The notes beneath the pieces were generated by a model. The model was not told where the DNA came from, did not search any database, and worked only from the letters and a program-made list of their open reading frames with translations. From NCBI GenBank assembly GCA_963693365.1, contig CAVNZM010000001.1, forward strand, positions 6,030,907 to 6,094,906: a DNA stretch of 64,000 nt, given 5' to 3'. Of this stretch, positions 48,127 through 64,000 are shown piece by piece. The translations under genes and the position numbers were made by a program. The stretch comes from Amoebidium appalachense (lineage: Eukaryota; Protista; Ichthyosporea). Each line of letters begins with the position of its first letter. Within the stretch, counting starts at the first letter, position 1.

Positions 48127-51100
48127 CTCGTGTGTGTATGCTACGCGGCAGAGGTGTGTGTGGTGGTAGTGGTGGCGGGGGGCGGGGGGGGGGGGGGGGG
48201 GGGGGTTTGAATGCGTCAAAAAGTACGAAGTACACAAGAACAAACGGATAACACGATGCAGAATGCAAGCCATACATAAAGAGTATGCATAATAAGCAGA
48301 GCCCATCCTCAGGGGGGGCCCACGTCATCCACAGTACCCGAGTTTCGACCTATTCCCCTCGTTAACGAAACCCAACTCAGATACTGTTTCACTTGAACAT
48401 GAGTAGGTCACCCGTCTTGATCAGAGACGAGCAGGGTTGCTTATGGGGGGGGGGGGGGGGGGGGAGAAGGGAGTATTTACGTTCGATGCCAGAGAGTGCA
48501 TGCAGAGGGATGTTTGTGTCTGTATGGGTCGGGAAAAGGGGGAGGGGGGGGGGGGGGGGGGGGGGGGGGGAGGGGAGTTAAAGGGTCAACATGCCGGACT
48601 GTGTATGGAGTGCAAAGACACCCAAAAAGCAACGTGGGCAAGTACAAATGCAAGGGCATCCAGACACGAACACAGAGCATGCAGCATATAGGCCTGGTAG
48701 TTGTGGCGGTGATGATGCTGGGTATCTGTACCCCCAAAGCCAAATCAACCTTAAAACAACAGTGGACAATATAATCGGCAGAAGACCCGGAAGAGGAGGT
48801 GACGCCGTGGAAGGGAGGGAAGGGGGGGGGACCGGAAGTGGGGAGGATTGTGGTGAATTAGGCAGAATAAGACAGAAAACATCGCTGAGATTTCTGGTCA
48901 CAGTGTGTTTCCGACCTTTTCTGTGTTGCATCTCTTCATTTTGCCTGTGCTTACCTGACGGGCACCGGAGACACCTTTCCAATCCTCGTATTGAGGATAC
49001 CCAACAGCACAAAAGGCACCCCGTCACTGGCCTGCTGCAGCTTGGCCTGTGTCATCCGCCCAACCAGCTCCCTGGAAATTGATGAGGGGGGCTCTTCCTC
49101 ATGGGCCCCACTTTGAATAGACGAGAAAAATGCCGGAAGTGGGCCCGCGTGTGTGGGCGGTGCGTGTTTGAATGTGTGGGGCTTGCAGTAGAGGCGGAGG
49201 TATAGGGTGATGTGGTCGGGGGCAGGGTGTGTCTGCACCAGGTGGGAGGTAAGGGCCTGAAGAGCGGTGAGGAGGGGCCCGTGCATGCCGGACAGGCTGG
49301 ATGAGAGACTGTGGTCGTGCTGTACGTGTGTGTGTGTGTAGGATGTGTACAGGTATACGTGTGTGTAAGTTGGTGTGCACGTGTGTGTGTGTGTGTGTGC
49401 ATGTGTATTTGTGCGTGTGTGTGTAGGTGTGTGTGTACGTTGTGAGTGTGTGTGGGTGTGTTGCGAGCGCCGCTGTCTATGTACGTGTGAAAGTGTGTGG
49501 GATTGTGTGCGAGTGTGAGTGAGTGAGTGTGTAAGTGTGTGTACCTGTGTGCATATGTGTTGGTACAACGTGGGTTCGAGTGTAATTGTTAGCATTCCAT
49601 ACCTACGTAAGCTTCGTATGCACACCCCTCAACCCCAGCCTACCTCCCCCCCGATCTCCCCTTCCACGGACCGGTTCCTACAACCATTTGAATACACTCC
49701 CCGACATGAGACAACCACCCACACTCGCACATCTACAAAAGATGAGGCATCAGGCGATCTCTTTCTTGGAAAACATCAACACAAACACAAACACATGCTC
49801 ATGCATACATTAACCACACACACAACACTCGCTCACCCATCCATTCACCCACCCACCCACATGCACACAAAGGAAGTCAAAAGCCCAAACTAGTTGCCAC
49901 ATACTGAGCCATCTTCCCTTCCCCTCCCCCCCCATAACCCCCACCCCACCCCGGTCTTACGTCGCCGTTTCCTCTCGGCCTATAACATGCCACAGGGCAG
50001 CGTGTGCTTCAGAGGTGAGTGGGGGGGGGGGGGGGGGGGGGGGGGGGGATGGGCGGGAGTTAAGCATTATTCCTCCCTCCCTCCCCCCTCCCCCGTCCCC
50101 CCAGGGGCCCCGGGACAACGAAAGAGGGTACACATCTCTCATACTCACTTTCAACCCCTCACTACCCCTAATTCCCATTTCCCTCATCCCACCGCTACTC
50201 ACACGGCACTTCCCACTCCGTGCCATCCCCTTGTTGTCCTGCGTCTTCTGCCCCTGAATAACCGAGATCCCCCCCCTTCCTCCCCCCCCTCCCCCTGACA
50301 TGTCCTACCTACCCTTCGCGCCCTCTCTATCCCTGTGCACTTTTCTCAATTTCCTCAACCTTCAACTACTTTCCTTCCGTCCCCCCCCCCCCCCCCCCCC
50401 CCCCCACCCCTCCCCCCCCCCCCACACACACACCACTACCACCCATCCCTTCCTACCCTCCGCAGTCTTTCGTCCCCCTTCTGCCACTGAGATGTCCCTC
50501 GTTGTCCCATTCCCATTTCCCCCTCATTCCACCCACTTCTGTCGCCGTTCCACCCAGATTTTGTGTCGATATGCTGATTGACGAGCAAACTTGGCAAGAG
50601 CCCAAGGTAAGATGCCACAACTGAACCAACAAGTGATAACCCCGACACACTCACACACACACAAAACCAAAAACACTCACTCACACAAAACTAACACCAA
50701 GACACACGCAGACACACAGAACCGAAAACAAGCAACGTTACACTCACCTGCTGCAAGTGTGCCTTCAGGTTCTCCACACACTCCTGCTCCTGCCCCAACG
50801 TAAACGGAAGATGGGATATGTCATCACTTGGAGTGACCAGACATGTTATTGCACGCTCGATCACCTCATCCCATATTTTCGGTTGTGAAAAACGGACTGC
50901 ACCCAGGGCAGCAGCCAAATGTGGGTTGCACGTAACCTCGAGGACAGTGTCTTCCGATAAATCTGCATCGATAATACGGTCCGTTCCGGTAAAGGTCTCA
51001 AACGTTAGCGTCGTCCCAGGTTGCTTACTTTCGGGAGAACCAGCCATTCCTGTGTTTTGAAGATGCGGAAAAAGAAAAACGTGTGTAACCACCTCATCCG

Positions 51101-51617
51101 ACTTTAACGCTTGCATGGCCCCCTCAGCAAAAGTCGTGTTTTCGTCGTAAATTACCCGAACAGGGGATCCCAGGCTGTTACGAGTAAGGAACGCATTGTA
51201 TGGGCGCATGTACAGAAATCTTCCGGTTTTGGAAGGTTGGTCCACGCGGGGATGCCACGGCAGAAATTTCCTAACGTGGAAATCGAGGGGCTTATCGAGC
51301 TGTGCCCCCCTCAGGAAGAAAAGAGAGACAAACGTGTTGTGTTTGCGCCTGTTCACGTGATTGCAAACACGTGATAGGTGGTGCGAGTCTTCAATTCCCA
51401 GCATGCCAACACCCACCTCACCCACGTGGTCATTTTCGAGTAGCTCAACAACACGTGCACAGATGTTGCACGTGTTGGGGGGGCATAATTCCTCCGTAGT
51501 GATGTCAAGTGTGAAAAGAGCGGACTGCCTTCCAGAAATGTGGTTGGGGTCACGTGGGCCCTGGTGGTAGGCCTGGGCCTGGGGGACTTGGCCCCCCTTC
51601 CTGTCTGTGTGTGCCAT
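46518..51617 (-). CDS. Paralog A: uncharacterised ~920-aa protein with putative ERCC4/XPF-like C-terminal domains
   Basis: Exons 51617-50748, 49319-48955, 48039-46518 (GT-AG, phases 0 and 2). Same exon structure as paralog B and homologous to it along its length. The domain call rests on by-eye motif similarity only. Confidence 0.75.
48206..48444 (-). mobile_element. Poly(C)-ended retroposon-like element, subfamily A, 5'-truncated (239 nt)
   Basis: Matches the 3' 239 nt of 14281-14780. G-runs on both sides on the + strand. Confidence 0.8.
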
Positions 51618-51994
51618 ATGGAGGGGTGGTTACTTGTCTGGGTGTGTGCTATGCTAGTTTCCAGCCATGGTGCACGTTGAAAGGTGCTACAGGATGCATG
51701 GACTAATAGCCCAAAACATACACACGTGAGTGCAGCAGCTATCGGCCCGTGCCCGCGCGCCAAGTCTCGAACCTCGGGAGTTCGATGAGCTGGTCGCAAG
51801 TTGAAGTTGCACACGTGATGACAACCTGTATCTGGTTGTGTACAAAAGCGGCGTGGGGGCCCGCCGGATGTGGTATATTTGGAGATTATGGTTGAAGGTA
51901 CGGTGTGCGTGTGTGTGTGGCACGTGCGCTTTTTGTTTATTTCCGTCCACGTCACGCATGGGCCCGAGGAGCTGCCGGGGCCGGGGGCCCCCCG

Positions 51995-52031
<37 letters not shown>

Positions 52032-52589
52032 TGACGCATATTGTGTGTACGTCTGCCTGGCCATTTGAGTGTGTGTACCGTGAGAGAGAGAGGGAGAGAT
52101 TGGGGGGGGGGGGGGGGGGGGGGGGGGTGTGCAGGCCAGGGGGGAGGGGAGCAGGGGGGAGGGGAGAGAGAGAGCGAGGGAGAGAGAGAGAGAGCTCGAG
52201 AGAGAGCTCGAGAGAGTAAAGAGAGAGAGAGAGCCCCTGAGAGAGAGGGGGGAAAGAGAGAGAGAGAGAGAGAGGGAGGGGGAGAGAGAGAGAGAGAGAC
52301 AGAGAGACTCTGAGAGAGAGGCAGAGAGCTCTTAGGAGAGTCATGCGGCATGGTGTAAATGACATTGTGTGCGCGCGCGTGGGCGTGTAAAATCAGAGTC
52401 AATCCAGGCTTTGCAACAATCATTATGTGGCTACCGTTGCCTTTTTCTTTTCTTTTTCTTCTTTTTTTGGGTGGTGGTGGTATGTGCCTGTGTGTGTGTG
52501 TGTGTGTGTGCCACGATATGTGTGTGTGGGTGGGTGAGTGGGGGAGGGGGGGGGGGAGGGGGGGGGAGTGGGGAGGGGGAGGGAGGGGG

Positions 52590-52740
52590 TGTCTGAATGC
52601 GGAACACAGCCTCGAAGTACGCATACACGATGAGAAGCATGGTGCAGGACACATGCAAAGGCAAACATTCAAGTATGCAATATCAGCAATGCGCACAGTA
52701 TGCGTCATGATAAGCAGAGCCCATCCTCAGGGAGGGCCTA
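52590..52740 (-). mobile_element. Poly(C)-ended retroposon-like element, subfamily B fragment
   Basis: Reverse complement aligns to 2894-3038. A more decayed A-like fragment follows at ~52850-52945. Confidence 0.65.
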
Positions 52741-53129
52741 AGTCATGAGGGAGGGAGGGGGGGAGGGGGGGGAGTTGAGAATTAAGCAAATGAAAGATTC
52801 TGAAGAGTTGTTTAAATTTTCTTCGATTAGTGCCCAAGAAAAGGCGTCATAGAGTAGTACTACAAAGTACACATGTGCAAAGAACAACACAATGGAGAGT
52901 GCAAACCGCACTCCAAGAGTATGCATGATCAAAGCAGGGGGCCCCAGAAACCAGTAACTTATGACAGAGGTTTCAGAACAACCAGATCAACATTCATATC
53001 TAGGCCGATCTTTAAGTGGAATAGCATAAGATAATATATACGTTCCGCTGGAAAGAAAAAGAATAAACACTGGTAGCCACTGCATAAGTACATCAGATAT
53101 CCAAAATCGGCAAAGAGAGATTTAAAAAA

Positions 53130-53410
53130 ATGGTACACACATGCGCATTCAACAATCTGCTAAAACAATACTTTAAACACTGGCACACAGGCATACATGT
53201 ACATTCGATAATCCGCTAAGGTAATAACTCAAACACGCGTACGTATATGCAAATTCGATAATCCGCTAAGCTAACATTAAAAAAGACTGGCACACACATT
53301 TAATAATTCGCTAAGATATTCAGCTAAGCTGATATTTTAAAGCTGGCACACATATTCAATAATTCGCTAAGATAGTAATAAGTATTACAACTGGCAGGTG
53401 CACACATGTA
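53130..53410. repeat. Degenerate ~50-bp tandem repeat downstream of paralog B
   Basis: Recurrent ATT(C/T)(G/A)ATAAT(C/T)CGCTAAG cores at ~53203, 53253, 53298 and 53354 alternate with CTGGCACAC motifs. Confidence 0.65.
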
Positions 53411-53442
53411 CAATCCAAGTTCCTGCACGTTTCATCGATCAA

Positions 53443-60045
<6,603 letters not shown>

Positions 60046-60049
60046 TCTC

Positions 60050-60700
60050 TGAACTGTGTACGTGCAACATAGCCAGTGCTAGCCACATGTTGAGTCGCGG
60101 GAAAAGCCTGTACAGAGGAAATGCTATAGGAGTTAACTTTTGAAAAGTAAATGTGGTCTGAAAGAGAACATCAAACATCACACACAAGTTGCCCCCCCCA
60201 TTCCCTTAGGAAAGCCCTTTCCCGTTTCCCGTTTTTTTCATGGCAGGCCTTGGTTTTTTTTCGCGGGTGGGCCTACCAGCGGCCCTTTCAGCTCTGGCGC
60301 TATGAATACGTGATTTGTAAAGAGTGTAAAGTGAGAAATGAAGTACTAAAAGCGTTTAAAACTATGTAATTAAATGTATAATATGTATAAACTTTTAATG
60401 AGATTGATAAATATTTGTCATCTATCCAAATTTCTCACCAGCCCTGGAATAGTAAATGGCCTTTGCCATGTAGCCAATCATTTATCTTGGTATAAATTCC
60501 GAGTGTGAGCCTCGCAAACTTGCAGCTTTGAAAACGTTTCACGTTGGACGGTGCTCAAATTTTTTATCATCCATCGTAAGGTGCTAAAATGGTTTAACGG
60601 GTGGAACAGACACAGGATCTTGGTTTGTAGTTGGACAAAGAGAAAGGAAGTCTATCTTTATCAAAGGATCTTCTTCTTTTCTTTGTTTATTTCCTCACAT
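60050..60700. promoter_or_regulatory. Divergent promoter region with E2F-like sites
   Basis: Repeat-poor spacer between head-to-head genes. CGCGGGAAAA at 60096-60105, TTTTCGCGGG at 60258-60267, TTTGAA at ~60139 and ~60527. Confidence 0.4.
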
Positions 60701-60713
60701 TTCCTTCCATCTC

Positions 60714-60769
<56 letters not shown>

Positions 60770-60888
60770 CCCCCCCTCCTCCCCCTTTCCCCGGGCCCCC
60801 TGCTTGTTTCTCCGTATACACTGCAAGTTGAAACCTGGAGCATAGGTGGGCGACGTAAATACTGGGCTTTTAGCCCTCACTCGCCAAC

Positions 60889-63282
60889 ATGGCCAACCTG
60901 ATAAAGCGTCAGGTCGTCAAGGCTCTATCCAGGTGACGCTCTGTTCCCAGTTTCTGTGATTTGATTGTGTGCCACTGTGCTTGCTGTGTTTACAGGTATG
61001 TGCATGTTGGATTCCGGTGTTACCGTAAGCGTTTATGTGATGTTTTTAATGTAATTTTGGTGCTCGTTAATGTGCGTGCGCTGGTGCGGGTTGTACGGAC
61101 GTGTGTGCTTGCAATCTTTTAGATCAGCATGTGTGTGTGTGTGGGGGGGGGGGGGGGGGGGGGGGGGAGGGGGGGGGGGAGGGGGGGGTGTGTCTTCCAC
61201 ACACTTTTTGGTTAGGGGTTTAGGTTTTGCTGAGTGTTTATCCGTCGTGTGTGCTTGCTTGGACAAATCTCCATAGGCCCGATTACCACAATGGAGGAAT
61301 TGATAACGAACCTTGCGACATCGCAAGCACCCCATCTGCCTCGAAAGAGCTATGCAAGGCAGTGTCCGGGTGCCCGTAGACTAACCATGTGTTTGCGGTT
61401 TAGGTTCTGCAAAGATCTGAAAGAGGATGACTTTGATCTGAGTTTTTTCAGAGGGGAGGGTGCTCTACACTGCCTGGGTAAGTATCGCTTTGCAGTCCTC
61501 ACTATCCCCACAATGGACTTGGCAAGACAGGCACTTGAGGGAACTACTGTTTTGCCTTCCTCACATCATTACTCGTGCTTTTGTTTGAGCTCGAATGCTT
61601 GCATGTGCGTGCGTGTGTGGCCTGGGCAAGGTCCATCAAAGTCTTAACCATATTAAGTGTTGGCCCACGTATGCTTGTAGTTTAGTTCCGTATCTTATTC
61701 TTCTGGTATACTTTTCCCCTTCATTTGCACCCCATTTTTTCTTGTGCTGTCACTATACGCTCTTGACCCCTTTTCTGCCCCCTTTTTGTTCATGTTCCAC
61801 TCTTCCTTCCTCCAGCCTGGTGCCCCCCCCCCCCCCTCCTCCCCCTTTCCCCCCTCTCATACATGCACATTCACAGAGCTCAACACGGCCTATCTTCACG
61901 AGGTTCTCTCCCTGCCGGCATGCATCCTCCTTACCAGTGTCGTAGCCACCAAGGTCCAGGCAAAGGTGTGTGCTGCCTCCCTCCTTTGGGGAGGAGGGTG
62001 GGGAGGGGAGGGGCGGGGGGGGGGGGGGGGGGGGGGGGGGGGGAGGGAGAGAGGTTGTGGGGGAGGGGGAGGGGGGAGAAGGAGGGGAAGGGGGGAGCGG
62101 GAGGAAGGGTGGGGGCGGGAGGGGGGGGGGGGCAGGGGGGGTTAGTGTTGGGGAGCGGGGGGGGAGGGAATGGGGATCTGAGGTCTGAGAAGGGGCGAGG
62201 GAGAGGGAGAGGGGTAGGGCAGGGGTGTGCGTGGAAGGAATACTCCAGGGGCAGGATGAACCAAAATAGGGATGGGATGAAGATTGGGTGAGTAAAAAGT
62301 CACATGACTTGTACACACAGGGGCAAAACAGTGGGTCTTGTGGGTAGGCATACATACATGTTGGTGAGTTTGGTTGGAAAGTGGTGATTGTATATTGGGT
62401 TCATGTAAGTGTGCATGTTGTGTGTGTGTGTGTCCCTTCGAGGGGAAAGGAAGGGGGGGGGGGGAGGGGGGGAGCTTTTTGTTGAGAAGAAGGTCTAGGC
62501 TTGGATGTAGATATTGCATTGCAAATCAACTGTTTAGTAATGCGCTCGAAGGAGCACACTAACTGCCAGGGAATCGACAAGGCGTGGAAGTTAGCGGGAA
62601 AAGGCACATACACATGTGGAAAGGGTCAGGTAGGGATTAGCTGGAAAGGGGCAGAGAGAAGTGCTACTGGGACAGCAAAGGAAACGGGTTTTGGGGGAGG
62701 GAGGAGGGGGGGGGGGAGGGGAGGGGGGAGAGGGAGGGAAGGGGGGGGGGGGATTTACAGGATAGAGGGCAAGAGCAGGGATGACTTGGTGTTTGTGAGG
62801 GTTGCTTACCTTCTCCTGTTTCAGATTTCGTGGACGAAACTGAAGAGCCAACCCATTGTGCTGGTAACACCCCCTCCCCCCCCCCCCCCCCCCCCCCCTC
62901 CCCCCCCTCCCCCTCATTCCTCCTGCCTACCCGCCCATCCCAACCCTAGCAACAACAGCAACCCCCTCCCCCCCCCCCCCCCCCCCCCCCCCGGTCTTCT
63001 TCCTTTCCTTCTTCCCAACCTTCCCCTCGTCAAAGCTGAAGACTTGCTCCCCACACCTACCCACGTTCGACTCCTCCTCTCATTGAATTAGCGGACTCCC
63101 CCCCCTCCTCCCACCTCCCCACCAAAACACACACACACACAATCCTCACACACTCCATTTCAAGCTTCACCCTGCCCATTCATTAACATGCACTGGTAGT
63201 GGCTCTGTCCGCCACACATGACTAGAAGGGATGTTTTCCACACATGCTGCAGCCTTGTCACTGGCTTTCTATACGCTTCAGC

Positions 63283-63318
<36 letters not shown>

Positions 63319-63428
63319 CTAATGTTCATGCTTTATTCGCAGTTTCTGGAGGGGGTGAACGTGGAGGTGGAGCTGTCCAACGACATAAGCAAGCTGCAGA
63401 GAGAGCACCAAGTTATTGCTGAGGAGGC
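60889..63428 (+). CDS. BLTP3: Bridge-like lipid transfer protein 3 (UHRF1BP1/SHIP164-like), Chorein-N domain, 5' part; runs off window
   Basis: Exons 60889-60932, 61404-61477, 61877-61965, 62825-62863, 63343-63428 give MANLIKRQVVKALSRFCKDLKEDDFDLSFFRGEGALHCLELNTAYLHEVLSLPACILLTSVVATKVQAKISWTKLKSQPIVLFLEGV. This matches the UHRF1BP1 N-terminus (MAGIIKKQILKHLSRF...IPWTKLKTHPI). Confidence 0.88.
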
Positions 63429-64000
63429 GTAAGTTAAAATAATGTTTAATATTGGTTTCATCATAAATGATACGTGCATTGTACGACTTCACACATTTTG
63501 TTTTTTCCGGCGTGTTTTGTTGTTGCTTTCCCTAAGTTAATGCGGTGTTACCGTCGGATTTACAATGACCAGCTTGTTACAAAATGATATATTATAACCT
63601 TGAAGGTAACGGGCTCGAATTGATAACACCAAGTTCACCATGTGCTAATGTCTATTCCTTACCATCTAAAGCCGTAGATCTAGTGTTGCTTGTTGTTTCT
63701 GAATAATGGACTCTCCTTGATTAATGTGCTGCTGTGTCCCTTGGTCAGACAGCGCACATAGTTTCTGAGTTCCGACGTTTTTTACTGGCAATGCTTTTAC
63801 ACATGCTCTACACACATATTCAACCACATCTACACGAGCATTTCTACCCGTGCATACCCGCACACACACACACACACACTCACACCGACACAGAGGCATG
63901 AACACAAGACTGATATACGCTATACACACAATGCCCGTCACATCGTACTGCCCACGAGAACGAGCACACATGCACACGCACACGAACACGCATACATGTG

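Noticed and set aside
53130-53410. CRISPR-like repeat-spacer pattern
   Set aside because: Linkers are related to one another (CTGGCACAC) and the cores are short and degenerate, so this is a tandem repeat.

Overview
Eukaryotic nuclear DNA, intron-rich and saturated with poly(C)/poly(G) tracts and (CA)n/(GA)n microsatellites, so most six-frame ORFs are repeat artefacts. The gene content (ZCCHC8-like, BLTP3-like) is compatible with a unicellular holozoan; this is inference only. Manual splicing gives, left to right: tRNA-Lys(CTT); a PSP-domain ZCCHC8-like gene; a RING-PHD (PHRF1/SCAF11-like) gene; a 3-exon disordered-protein gene; an apparently intact 6-exon Dada-type DDE transposase (~1538 aa) with an inserted DEDDy 3'-5' exonuclease and two GC-AG introns; two tandem paralogous genes with putative ERCC4/XPF-like C-terminal domains and gene-conversion-like identity patches; and the 5' end of a BLTP3/SHIP164 Chorein-N gene. 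The most unusual signal is a family of non-coding, structured, 5'-truncated retroposon-like elements. They end in poly(C), mostly sit inside poly(C) tracts, and all 7 intronic copies are sense to the host gene. All exon coordinates were derived by hand and are unverified by transcript data.
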